Positions 49,003 through 62,600 of a DNA stretch of 64,000 nucleotides are shown one piece after another. Each line of letters begins with the position of its first letter. Positions within the stretch are counted from its first letter, which is position 1. Made by a program: the position numbers and the translations under genes. This DNA comes from Dendrobates tinctorius (Eukaryota). Under the pieces are notes generated by a model. That model was not told the origin of the DNA and ran no database searches. It saw only the letters and a list, made by a program, of their open reading frames with translations. The stretch lies in assembly GCF_039654945.1 (NCBI RefSeq), contig NW_027361727.1:19096001-19160000 (forward strand), given 5' to 3'.

Positions 49003-49842
49003 GGCGAGTGAAATAGCCCACAGATTACCTGTTTTCATGGTAACTTAATCTGGTTCCTGCAACAGGTCTTCATTTCCTTGGTGATTTCTTATAAAACTAG
49101 CAATTGCTGTAGTTTAATATTCAAATGAGCTTACCAATTCATGTAGACGCCATTAAATGATACAACCAGTTAATGCATGAATTTCAAATTCTTAAAACTA
49201 GATCTACATGAATACTGTAACACATGTGGATGTATTTTTACCTTTCTTCCTAGGATTGTCTTTTTGGTGTTACTGTTGACTGACAATCAGAAAAATGCTT
49301 TCATAAACCTGTGTAAACAAGTAAGGTCTTTCCTTTGTTCTTGTTGCTGTAAGTTACTTATGCATTTGTGTTTTTCACATTAATTTATTCATTAAATTAA
49401 AAAAATAAATTATATTGTTTCAATGTCTTTCTTAAAGGTTTGGTGCAAATACGCAATGGTAATTTTCAGGCAGGAGTGAAGTGATCAAGGTCTAGGTCAT
49501 TCTGCTACCACCCAATCCTGCAGCTGTCTTTCTGCTCACCTGAGGCCTCTACATTTTGGTTACACTTGGTAAAGCCACTAAAACATAAAGGTCTTGGATT
49601 TGTAAAGCTCAAGGAAGGACCTTATGTTTCAAGGTTAAGTGACACATGTCCACATACGTCTGATCGCTGTCTGAAAGATTTTTGATTTCATTTCCTTGGA
49701 CAGGTTACTCATCCTGAATGAGTCAGGTTACATGCCCTCAATGAAGGAGATGTCAAGTGATCCTATGTCAGCAGTGTCTCTTACCAGTTAAGTGTATTAA
49801 AAGGTCAACAAGTCTGCATGATTTGCACACACTTCCAATTAA

Positions 49843-50213
49843 GGCCTGTTTCACACTTCAGTTTTTGTCTATCAGTAAAGATCTGCCGTTTTGCAAAAAA
49901 AACGGATCCACCATTTTGATTGGCGGATCCGTTTTTTCCCATTGAGTTGCATTGCCGGCGGATCTTGATGGATGGCCATCCGTTGGAGCCGTTTTTTTTT
50001 TTTTTTTTGCGGATCCGCCAAAATTTTGACGTCCGCCGACATGCCCGAAAGGAGCATGTAACGTTTTTCTGGGCGGCAGGATCCGCACTTCTTTGCGCAT
50101 GCCCGAAAGACTTCACTCGGCCTGAAATTTAACCCTATAGTCTGTTCTGGCGGCTGGAAAAAAACTTGTGCTCTCTCGCACCTGACACAAAAAATTGAAG
50201 TGTGAAACAGGCC
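49843..50213. mobile_element. Harbinger-type MITE
   Basis: TIRs GGCCTGTTTCACACTTCA / TGAAGTGTGAAACAGGCC; TAA TSD. Confidence 0.88.
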
Positions 50214-53200
50214 TAACACATCTTTGGTGCCTGTTATTTTTTTTTTGCCAATTCTGCTTTGTGTAGTGTCCATGTAGAAGTTAGTGCATTCATTGCCACA
50301 AGCAAAACTTTAAAATCTGCTTATAGTCCCCCACAAAAAACACTTCCAGCCTGTAATGGCTGTATATGTAGTTATACAGTTTTAGAATCTGAAACTGTGT
50401 CAAAGCTGAATTACTGCAAGATTATAGTAGTTTATACTCTGAATCTTTACAATTGACTGTGTGGTATGTTGCTATAACTTAAATAAATTGTTATACACAA
50501 CTGCTGACAACTTTACACAATACCACTGAAAACTTCTACTCAACTTTTTATCCGTTACCATACAATTCATTTTCTTGTTTTCTTTGTGATCTCTCCATCC
50601 TCGGAAATGGAGTTCAGAGACATAACCAAGTTTCCTGCTCTGCCAAATCAGGAGCTTTTACAAGTAAGAGGTTTATGATGTCTGGGCAACTTGGTATCGT
50701 GTCTTGGCAGCACTGAAAAGGTATGCTCATGTGTTTGGTTTTTCCTCTAGTAAAAAGGGGTTACGGCAGGTGGGTTTGTCCTGTGGACCCTTAAAGGGTT
50801 TGTCCACTACTAGCACAACCTCCTTGATCTTAATTTTTTGGGGGCTATAAACTAAATCTTGCTCTAATCATGTGCTGTTCCTGCGATGTCTGCACTCTCT
50901 TTCCCCAGGGCTCTGGTGCAGTTGTGACACATGACCCCAGTGCCCAATCCGCTGGCATCTGTCCCCTGCCTTTGGACAAAACTAACATGAAGAGGAAGTC
51001 CAGGCTGCTGCTGAACCTGGAATTTCTCATTATGTTTATTCATTTGCCTGGTTATTACCCCTATGCTTTCTATCATTCACTTCAAATGGGGATTACCTGA
51101 TCTACAAGTTAAAAAAAAAAAAAAAAATACAATGGCTGTTTGTAATGGTGTACAAGCTGTGACTGGGAGAGCATTTATACAAAGCTTAACTATTTTTATG
51201 AAATGGAGGGGGGAGCTAGACTACTGCATGTGATAAGAAAGATTGATATTTGGAATTCCCCTTTACCCCCAAATAAATGATCACTGTCCTCACCACTTGG
51301 TGTTTTGTCCCTATGACCACAGGAGAATGACTTTCAGACTTAAAATATTATATACAGCTTCTGAACATCGGCATACAATGTATTTGTATGTCTACAAAGC
51401 TACGGAACCTTTTTGCTGCGTGATGAAGAACCCTGATGCAGGTTTCACACAGAGGCAGCTCTTCATTTTGCATATACTTAAACTGACACATTCAGCTGAA
51501 GGTAAACTGTGTATGTCTACAGTGCCAGAGGGGGTAATGGGAGTGTGGGAAAGGGGATGTCTTTTAACAGTATGATACTTCAGGCACATTCCAGCTAGAC
51601 TGGCATCACTCAATCTATCGAGTGAGACCAAGCATTTCTAGTTTGCATGTCTGCAAATTGATGGTCACGGTCCTGGCGCCTGATAAACATGATGCTGTGC
51701 ATACTATGAGGGTTCACAAATCTGATAGTGGCTGCAGACTAAACCTAGACAACCTGTTTTATGGAACCAACAAAGTATGGTATAATGTTCAAAGATTTAC
51801 TCTACAAGAAATTGCTGTCTTCTATATTTGGTGGGGAGAGCTTTGTCATCTCTTGACAGTTATACTACAACTTTAATTTTCATTTTGTGCCGTATAAGCC
51901 AGAATATCAACTTTTATCTCTTAAAGGGGTTGCCCAGTACTTGCCTAGCTAAATCACTATTTCAAACATTTGCAAAGAAAAATATTGCGTAAAATGAGAA
52001 CATATGGCCATGTATCAATCCAATGTGTTCAAGTTTCTACTGAACTAAGTTTTTGTGAAAAAAAATCTTGCAGGAAGGGGTCTGCAACAGGAATAGGTGG
52101 GAGAAATTGTGTAATATTGGCCATAAAGACTTTGAACTGAAGTCAAAATGCTAAAATATTCCAGATGGCCCATGGACAAGTGGAGCTGTTTCTGGAAGAA
52201 ATTTGTCCATTCTGTTAATGTGTTGCCACTCTCAAAGCAACAATATTCAGGTCAGTGGGGTGAAATAGGGTTATAATTGATAGAAAAAGACCATAAACAA
52301 CTTGAGTTTTCAATAACAGTGCAGCATGTATAACATTCTGCAATGAAAGGCAGACATATCTTGCAAAATGTGAACATTATGTTTATAACAATAAATTATA
52401 AAAGAACCTTTGCAGTCAAACTCTGGTGTAGTATGCTGGCATCGAACTATTTTCCACAGTGACGACTCAAGAAGAGGACACTTAACAAATGAAGATTTCA
52501 TGTGGCCTGGTGTATGTAGGACACGGTAATACCAGTGGTTTTTCTTTGATTTGTCTCTTCAGCTTTCTGTAATAGAAGGGTTTTATATGGGGATTTATTT
52601 TCTTGTATACGATTTGTTATACATGGCTATCATCTCAGTACTAGTTAGGCAGGCATTGAAAATACACAAGTAGTTATGAAATGTTCATTCAACTGAGGTA
52701 ATGCAAACTCATATCCTATATGATTTTTTTTCTATTATAGTGATGTGAGTAGTTGCCCACAATCTATCAATATACACAGATTTTATCAGTAAAGGGCTAC
52801 CCCTTTCTCCTCCGGCATCTGGTTTGGTAATCTTTGTGTCCTGCACCATTTCAACAGATGAACAAGAACCTGCTAACGGCAACAGAAGCACATTGCGGTT
52901 TCTACTTCGATGAGTACAGCAGGAAAGGTGTTGCGTCTTGGTATTTTTCAGATCAGATTTCGATCGGTGGGTTTCCAGTTTAACTGCAGGCCCCACGGAA
53001 TCCCGAGAACATGATCAAACTGAGGTTTTTGGACTATTGTTCTCTATGATTTCACCAGTGCCATTCAAGCTTCGATTGCCTTGCATAATTTCTCTTGACG
53101 ATTGCTAGAAACATTCTTACTGTGGTAAATATACAAATCCATATACACATCTTTTTGAAGATAGTGTAGTGATTTCTCGCTTCACTTTTTTCATCACTTT

Positions 53201-55759
53201 TATGCCCTAACAAGAGACGTCCTTCCTGACAATTGGTGGTATAGAGATGTCGATGGAGACTGCCCTTTACAGTTGAGAGGTGATAATGTTAGGAGCAGTG
53301 ATTGTGTAGAAGTGAATCGTAGTTTACCTTTTGGATTTGGTGAAGGCAGGAAAGCCTTTTCTTGATTATATTTCAGATCTGTCATTACTAATTGAGTCCA
53401 CTGTATCGCACCCGATGAGGAATGCTGCCTCCTCAAAATGCAAGTTTGGGACAATTCTTGAGCAATCGTGTCCAAGTTAAATAGTGGGTTTGGAGTGAAT
53501 TTTCTTAGCAGTGCAGTTCAAGTGTGACGAGCCCTGTATGGTTTCACTGAAGTGGTAGAAAATGGCTTGTGATATATATTGCGAAAAAATGATTTTTATA
53601 TGGGGATGGGTGGGGTATTTTGCTTCACTGTCTTTGTATGACGGCAACTGAATTTAGCGTGAGCCCACCACCACTAAACCTGACCCCTAAAAACAGTAGC
53701 ATGCATTATTGATCCCATAGTATTGGGAAAAGATCCTAATTTGGGAATATGACTGGATGATGCCATGGGCATTGATGGAGCAGTGGTGAAATACAGTTTA
53801 TGATTAGGGTGAGGTGAGTGCAGGAATGTTTTTTGTTTTGTCTTTTTTTTCAGACCCATTCATCGCTGGGTTCTTCAGCAGAAATAAAATGGTTTAGGAA
53901 TAACATCCTCTAAAGAAGGAAAGCACGCTATCATTCTTGAGCAGCCATGTGCCCAAAATGTCAGTCTACTTGGTCAGTTTGGGGTGATTTCATAATCCCA
54001 GCAATTCGATTATCAAAAGTTAAGGTGCAGTACAGTTTACAAATGGAGGTGAGTACAGGAAGGGCTTTTCTCCCTTAATATTTTTCAGATCCCTTTTGTA
54101 AAGTGACCCTCTAATAGAGGAATGTAGCCGCTACAAACTGCAAGTACACCATTAACAAACTTGAGTAATGGTGCGTCCACGCTGTCATACGTCTCGAAAT
54201 GAGTTTGTGAGCGATTGCCAGCCATAATCTTTGACTTGTGTATATTACTGAAGGTATTAGGAAGCTCCTTACTGTGGTGAAATATATGTTTGACAATATG
54301 CATTTATATAAGTCTTATGCTTAAAGGAGAAGGGATTTGTTTGGGCTTTGTTTTTTGTTTTCTTTTTTTTAAAATCAGAATTCCTCAAGGCGCCCTCTAA
54401 ATTTGTACCAAGACCGGCATCCAGAAGAATGAGATCCCCCGCCAGCTAGATGTATTTTATGGATCCTGTAGTACGGTGAAAGGAATTGACTTTGGGAAAT
54501 ATTAGTGGCTTAAGTTGGCATTGTGGTAACAATGGAGGCTGTCCTATGTTAGAATTCTTTACAAATCTACAGCAATATAACGCCAGGGACAGGTGCAACC
54601 GGCGATTTTCAGTTTAGTTGGCAAGTGCAGAACAGGCCTTTCTCCCTTGTTACTTCAGATCAATATGTAATCTGCCTCTGCAATAGAACAAGGTGAATGA
54701 GAAACACAAAGCACAAAGGATATTATCAAACTTGAGCTGTATGATAACATTGTGAGATAAGTTGGGAGTGCGCTTTGGGCAATTTTCCTGTTGAATAGCC
54801 ATGTATGACTTAACAGAAGATTCATTACGATGTGAGTACAGGAAACATTTTCTCACCTAATAATTTTCAGATTAGTAGCCCTCCACTACAACAGTGTTTG
54901 AGGAATGTAACCCCACGAAGCGCAAGTACTCCTGTGTCCGAATTATCAGATAAGTTGGAGTGGGTTTTGGGGCCATTGATCTTCTTGGCAGTGGACTTCA
55001 AGTGTGACGACCCCTGTTTAATGTCTCTGAAGATTGATAGGAAGCTGTTTATTGTGGTAAATATACAGATTCTGGATGTGTTTACCAATATTCATTGCAA
55101 AAGATAAAGCCTAAAGGGCAGGTGGTTGCTTTACTGTTCTATCATCTGAGTTAATGAAGGCAAACTTGATCCTGGACTCCCATCCAGATGCGTGCAAGGC
55201 CAATATTTTTTCTTTATCTTGACTTGAAAATTTGTGACATAATTTGGTGTTGAGGTCGATCGACAGTGTCCTATGCTGTAATTCATTACAGATCTATGCC
55301 CGGATAATGCCGAGGGCAGTGATGAAGCAAAAGAGAGGTGTAGTTTACTATGAGTGCAGGAAAGGCTTTCCTCTAAGTATTTTTCAGATCAGTTTATCTG
55401 TGGACCTCCACTAGAATAAAGAAGGTGAGGAATTCAACCACCACAAAATGTAAGCACAATATCTGATTTAGGTGTATGTCTTACTGTGCCTCCATCAGGG
55501 ATGGAGCGGAGGTGGATTGCAGTTTACTATTACAAATGGATGAGTGCAGGATAGGATTCTCGCTTGTGTTTTTTTTTTAGATTATTTGCCCCAGCGGTTG
55601 AGGAATGCAGCCCCCACAAAGTACAAGTACATACAAACTATCAGACCAGTGGAGAGTGTGTTTGGGGTAATACTTATTAACCTCATCAGGGCAGATCCAT
55701 GTGACGACCCCCTGTATGATGGCACTGAAGATTGCTAGGAACCTATAGTATATACACGC

Positions 55760-55803
<44 letters not shown>

Positions 55804-56139
55804 CAATAGATGTGGTGTATTGTTGTAAAAGATTGTTCTTGAAAAGGAGGATTGTTTTGCTTTCCTGTTCCTTATCAGCAGGGGCAGATGACATGGAAGC
55901 GTCTGAGACTGGATAGCTATGCACTGCAGGTTCCCAGTTAGATGAGGTGAGTGCAGGGAAATAGAGACAGAAACTATCAGATCAGTTTATCAATGTCTCT
56001 ACAGCCACAGAGTGGATGAGGAACACAACCGCACAATATCCAGACAAGCAAACATGAGCAACGGCATGTTTGGGGGACATTTGTTTTCTTTTCCCACAGT
56101 GAACCTCATAGTTTCGATAGCTCTGTAAGATATACCGCC

Positions 56140-56357
56140 TCACCAAAACCAGAGCTGCTGCCCCCCCCCCCCCCCCCCCCCCCCCAACCTACTGCCTCCT
56201 TCCCCAACATCATGTAATATGTAAGCCCGAAAGGGCAGTGTCCTCTCCCCTCTGTATCAGTCTGTGATTGTAAGTTTGTAAGTGATATCTGTAATTTGTA
56301 AGTAACCCCTTCTCATGTACAGCACCATGGAACCAATGGTGTTATAGAAATAAATAG
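56140..56357 (+). mobile_element. 3' tail of an L2-like LINE or SINE inserted into an array module
   Basis: TGTAAGCCC...GGGCAG...TGTACAGCACCATGGAACCAATGGTGTTATAGAAATAAATA terminus; the module resumes immediately after. Confidence 0.6.
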
Positions 56358-59299
56358 CATTGGAGATTGCTGGGAACCGGTGTACTGTGGTAAACCTATA
56401 ATATGCGGTGTATATACAGATTGCACTGGAGTTGTTTGCCAGTATATATTGTGAATGATTGCTTATGAAGGAGGGGGTTGTTTTGCTTCACTTTTTTTAT
56501 CACCAGATCTAAAGAAAGTGTGATCTCCATCCAGAAAAGTGAGACCATCATCCTATTGTACTTTACTCATCCTGTAGTCTAGACAAAAGATCTTGAGATG
56601 AAAATATTAGTTGTAGTTGTGCTGTGAATGGACCTTGTCCAACGTTGATATTCTCTACAGATCTTTGTCTGGATAATGTCGGGAGTAGAGGAGGATTGTA
56701 GGTTACTACTAGGGTGAGGTGAGTGCGGGGGAGGATCTTCCAATAAAACAAAGTGGTTGAGGAATACAGCCCCTCAAAGATTGTGCGTAAACGGAGAGAT
56801 AAGTTGGAGTTGGTTTGGCGCGATTGTCTTCTAATTAATCTCCATCAGCGCAGCTAAATGTGTGAAGACCCCTGTATGATTACATAGAAGATTGCTAGAC
56901 CCCTGCTTACTGTGGTGACTATACAAATAGATATACACATATTGTGCTATAGATGCTGTGTATTTCTGTAAAATATTTTACTTGAAAAGGGGGGTTTGCT
57001 TTGCTTTCCTGTCCTTTATTAGCAGAGTTGAAGGCAATGGGACCATCGTCCAGAAACGTGAAACCACCATCTATTTGTGCTTTATAGAAGTAAGCAAGGA
57101 TCTTTATATGAAAATGCTATTTGCATAAGTTGTGATTAAGGATATTGTTGGGAGCAGAAATGGAGAAAGGGGATAAACGGTGGCTCTCTAGTAACATGAA
57201 GTGGTTGAGAAATGCAGCCCCCTGAAAAAGCAACTACACTATAAACTGGCAATTTTGTGTCCGAATTGTCAGACTGCTTGGCGCGTTACTTCAGAGGCGA
57301 TGGTCTTATTGATCTCGGCAGGGGCAGATGAAGTGTCAGTATCGGTGACGGGGCAGCTGTGCCCTGCAGGTTCCCAGCTAGATCAGGTAAGTGCAGGAAA
57401 CATGTTCTGCTTTTGATATTTTTCAGATCCATTTGTCATCTGAGGCTCTACAGTAATAGAGTGGTTGAGGAATTACGGTCCCCACAATATGCAGACAAGC
57501 AAACATGAGCAGTGGGGTGTACAAATTTGTAGAGGAGTTGGAGTGGGTTTTGGGGGCGATATGTTTTCTTCATCCCAACAGTGAAGTTCATGTTTCCATA
57601 ACCCTGTGTGATTTCACTGCAGATTGCTGGGAACCGGCTTACTATGGTAACTCTATAATAAATATATATATATATATATATATACACATTGCATTGGAGT
57701 TGTTTGACATTATATATTGTTGTAAATGATTGTGCTTGAAGGGGGGGATCAGTTTTGCTTTACTGTTTTTAACTTGCAGATCTAAATTTGGCACTTGACC
57801 GTCCTCCAGAAATGTGACCCCACCATCTTATTGCAGTTTAATGAAACTATGCTGTAGAGAAAAGACTATTGTTAGTGAAATGGTGGCATAGATGATGGAG
57901 TTGTGGTGACGATGGGAGATTGTCCTATGTAGGAATTATTTCCAGATCTGTGAAATGATAATGTTGGGAGCAGAGATGGGGCAGAGGAGAAATGCAGATT
58001 ACTATTGGGAGGAGGTGAGTGCAGGGAAGGATTTTCCCTCATTTTTCAGATCCATTTCTTATCCGTGGCTGAGGAATAATGGCCCCACAATATGCAGACA
58101 ATCAGACATGAGCAGCGGTGCGTCCAAAGTGTTAGATGAGTGGGAGTGCGTTTGGGGGCAATTTGTTTTCTTGTTGATCCCAACAGTGAAGTTCCATAGC
58201 CCTGTATGATTGAACTGAAGATTGCCGGGAGTCGGCTTACTGGGGTAAATCTAAACTATATACAGATTGCACTGGAGGAGATTGCCACTATATATTGTTG
58301 TAAATGGTTTACATGTAGGGGGAGGTTGTTTTTCTTTACTGTTTATCTATCATCAGGCCTAAAGGAGGCAACAGGACCGACCAGAAATGTGAGACCACCA
58401 TCTTATTATTGTAATTTATTCATCCTGTAGTCTTAAGTACTAAATCTGAATTTTGAAATATTAGTGAGATAAGATGTAGTTGTGGTGTGAATGGAGATTG
58501 TCCTACCTTGATGTTCTCTACAGATCTATGGCCGGATAATGCCAGGGGCAGAGGAGGATTGTAGATTACTGCTAGGGTGAGGTGAGTGCAGGGAAGGATT
58601 TTCTCGCTTGATATTTTTCAGATTAGTGGTCCTCCAGTAAAGAAAGTGGTTGAGGAATGCAGCCCCTCAAAGTGTAAGAACGCGACTGTGTGTCTAAATA
58701 GTAAGATAAGTTGGAGCGAGTTGGGGGCGTTTGTCGCCTTAATGATCTCAGCAGGACAGTACACGTGTGAAGACCCCTGTATGATGGCACTGAAGACCCC
58801 AGCTTACGGTGGTGAATATACACATATTGTGCTGTATATTGCTGTAAAATATCTTCTTTTGAAGGGGGGGTTGTTTTGCTTTCCTGTTCCTTATCAGCAG
58901 AGTTGAAGGCAATGGGACCACCATCCAGAAACATGAGACCACCATCTTTTTTACTATATTGATCTTTATAGGATGAAGAAAAGAACTTTATATGAAACTG
59001 TTATTGGCATAAGTTGTGATTAGGATGATGATGAAGAGTTTCCCTTGTAAGCATTTGTTACAGATCCGTGACCGGATAATGCCGAGAGCAGAGAATTGTA
59101 GTTTACTATTAGGATGAGGGGAGTGCGGGGAAGGATTTTCTTCTTTTAGTATTTTTCAGATGTTTATCAGTGGCTCTCCAGTAGATGAAAGGGTTGAGAA
59201 ATGCAGCCCCCTGAAAATGCAAGTACACCATATAGCTTTGAATCACATTGTGTTCAAATTGTCAGATGTCTCAAAGTTGCTTTGGAGGCGATTGTCTTA

Positions 59300-59634
59300 G
59301 GCCAGGTTCACATAGCGTTAGCAGCCCTATCAACGCATAGCCTTGACGGGCTGCGATAACACTATAGCATAACGCGATATAAGTTATGCTATGACCGCTA
59401 GCGCTGATGAATCATCAGCGCTAGCTGTGACGGAGCCTCAGACGCTGCAGGCCGCGTCCAAGGCTCCGTCAGTGCTTAACGGCACATCGCGAACGTGTGT
59501 CACTTTACGGCATACGTCGCGATGCGCTACTCAATGGGGGGCTATGGCAGCGTTAACGGACCACTACACCGCGTTATACTGCGGTGTAAAGCAGTCCGTT
59601 AAACGGACTGTCATAGCGCAGTGTGACCCCGGCT
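59300..59634. mobile_element. Harbinger-type MITE inserted into an array module
   Basis: GGCCAGGTTCACA / TGTGACCCCGGCT; splits the conserved GTCTTA|TTGATCTC motif. Confidence 0.8.
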
Positions 59635-62600
59635 CTATTGGTCTCGGCAGGGACAGATGAAGTGTCCGTATCGGTGACGGGGCAGCTGTGTACTGCAGGT
59701 TCCCTGTTAGATGAGGGGAGTACAGTGAAATATTTTCTGCCTTGATTTATTTCAGATCCGTTTATCAGCAGCTCTACAGTAATACAGAGTGGATGAGGAC
59801 TACAACCCTACAATATACAGGCAAGCAAACATGAGCAGCGATGTGTCCAAACGTTAAGATGTGTTGGAGCATGTTTGGGGGACAATTTTTTTCTTTTCCA
59901 ATAGTGAACCTCATGTTTCGATAGCTCTGTATGATAGCATTGGAGGCTGCTGGGAATCGGCGTCCTGTGGTTAACCTGTAATATTATATACGCAGATTGC
60001 ACTGGAGTTGTTTGCCAGTATATATTGTACATGATTGTCTTTGAAGGGAGGGTTGTTTTGCCTTGTTTTTCCTTTTTTTTATCATCAGACCTAAAGAAAG
60101 CAGTGTGATCTCCATCCAGAAATGTGAGCCACCATTATATTGTACTTTATTCATCCTGTAATCTAGACAAAAGATCTTGATGTGGAAATATTAGTGACAT
60201 AAGCTGGAGTTGTGGTGTGAATGGAGATTGTCCAATGTTGATATTCTGTACAGATCTATGGCCGAATAAAGCCTGGAGCAGAGGAGGATTGTAGATTACT
60301 GCTAGGGTGAGGTGAGTGCAGGGAAAGGTTTTTTATCTTGATATTTTTTAGATTAGTGGCCATCAGTAGATACAAGTGATGGAGGAATGCAGCCTCTCAA
60401 TGTGCAGGAATGCGATTGTGTGACCAAATTGTCAGATAAGTTGGAGCGGGTTTGGGGCGATTGTTGTCTTATTGATCTCAGCAGGACACATCGTGTGAAG
60501 ACCCCTGTATGATGACACTGAAGATTGCTAGACATCTAATTACTGTGGTGATAAATATACAGATCCATATACACATATTGTATAGATGCTGAATATTGCT
60601 GTAAAGTATTTTTCTTTAAGGGGGGTAGATGTTTTGCTTTCTTCTTTATCATCAGAGTTAAAGAAGTCAATGGGACCATCATCCAGAAACGTGAGACCAC
60701 AATCTTACTGCATTTTATTGAGCCTATGCTATAGAGTAAAGACTATTGTTAGTGAAATGGTGGCATAGATGATGGAGTTGTGGTGATGATGGAGCTTGTC
60801 CTATTTTGGAATTATTTCCAGATCGGTGAAATGATGATGTCGGGAGCAGAGGAGAATTACTGATGGGAGGAGGTGAGTGCAGGGAAGGATTTTCTCGCTT
60901 GATATTTTTCAGATCCATTTCTTATCCGTGGCTGAGGAATAATGGCCCCACAATATGCAGACAATCAGACATGAGCAGCGGTGCGTCCAAAGTGTTAGAT
61001 GAGTGGGAGTGTGTTTGGGGGCAATTTGTTTTCTTCTTGATCCCAACAGTGAAGTTCCATAGCCCTGTATGATTGTACTGAAGATTGCTGGAAGCCGGCT
61101 TACTGGGGTAAATCTAAACTATATACAGATTCCACTGGAGGAGATTGCCGCTATATATTGGTGTAAATGATTTTGTTATGGGGGAGGTTGTTTTTCTTTG
61201 TTCTTTTATTATCAGACCTAAAGGACGCAACAGGACCGACCAGAAATGTGAGACCACCATCTTATTGTAATTCAGTGTAGAGAAAAAAATCCTGACCTGG
61301 AAATATTGGTGATATAAGTTGGGGTTGTGGTGTGAATGGAGATTGTCCTACGTTGATGTTCTCTACAGATCTATGGCCGGATAATGCCGGGAGCAAAGGA
61401 GGATTGTAGATTACTGCTAGGGTGAGGTGAGTGCAGGGAAGGGTTTTCTTGTTTGATATTGTTCAGATTAGTGGTCCTCCAGTACATACAAATGTTTGCG
61501 GAATGCAGCCCCTCAAAGTGTAAGAACACGAGTGTGTGTCTAAATAGTCAGTTAAATTGGAGATTTGGGGGCGATTGTCATCTTATTGTTCTCAGTAGGA
61601 CAGTACACGTGTGAAGACCCTTGTATGATGGCACTGAAGATTATTGACCCCTGCTTACTGTGGGGAATATGCAGACATATTTATATACACATATTGTGCT
61701 GTATATTGATGTAAAATATTTTCTTGGATAAGGGGGGGTGTCTTGTTTTCCTGTTTTTGATCTTTAGTGTTGAAGAAGGCAACATAATTTGGCACAGGAC
61801 CACCATCCAGAAATGTGAGACCACCATCTTATTTATTAATCCTATAGCACAAAGAAAAGTTATTTATGTGAAAATGTTATTGGAAGAAGTTGTTGTAATT
61901 TGGGTGATGATGGAGACTTTCCAGTGTTCTGTATAGATCTGTGACCGCATTCAGTGTCCTATTAGGGAGAGGTGAGTGCAGGGTCGGGTTTCCCACTTGA
62001 TGTTTTTTAGATCTTTGTCATCAGTAGCTCCAAGAAATTAAAGTGGTAGGGAAATGCGGCCACAACAAAACGCAAGTATGCTAATAAATTTGAGCAACGG
62101 GGTTTCCAGTTGTCAAATATGTATGAGTGGGTTTGGGGTGATTGTGTTATTGATCTCAGCAGGGCAGTGCAAGTCTGGAGACCCCTGTATGATGGCGCTG
62201 AAGATTTCCAGTAAGCCTCTTACTGTTCTGGACATATTGGACTACAGATGTTGCCAGTGTATTTTGTTGTAACAGTCAGAGGGTTTTTTTTTTTTTGCTC
62301 CTTTTACTTTTAACAGTTTGGGGGAGCAGGGACTTGTTTTGCTTTTCTGTTCTTTGTCATCAGAGTTGAACTTGCAGCTGAATATGACCCAGGACCCCAA
62401 TAGAGAAAAGTAAGACCACCATCTTGGTGTGTTATTGATCCTGTAGTTCTGTTAAAAGCTCTGTAAGTGGAAATATTAGTGGCATAAGGTGGATCTCGTT
62501 ACACACAGGACAATGCCGGGAGCGGTGATGGCGCAGAGGAGAAATGCAGTTTACTATTAGGAGGAGGTGAGTGCAGGAAAGGATTTCCCGTTTAATGTTT

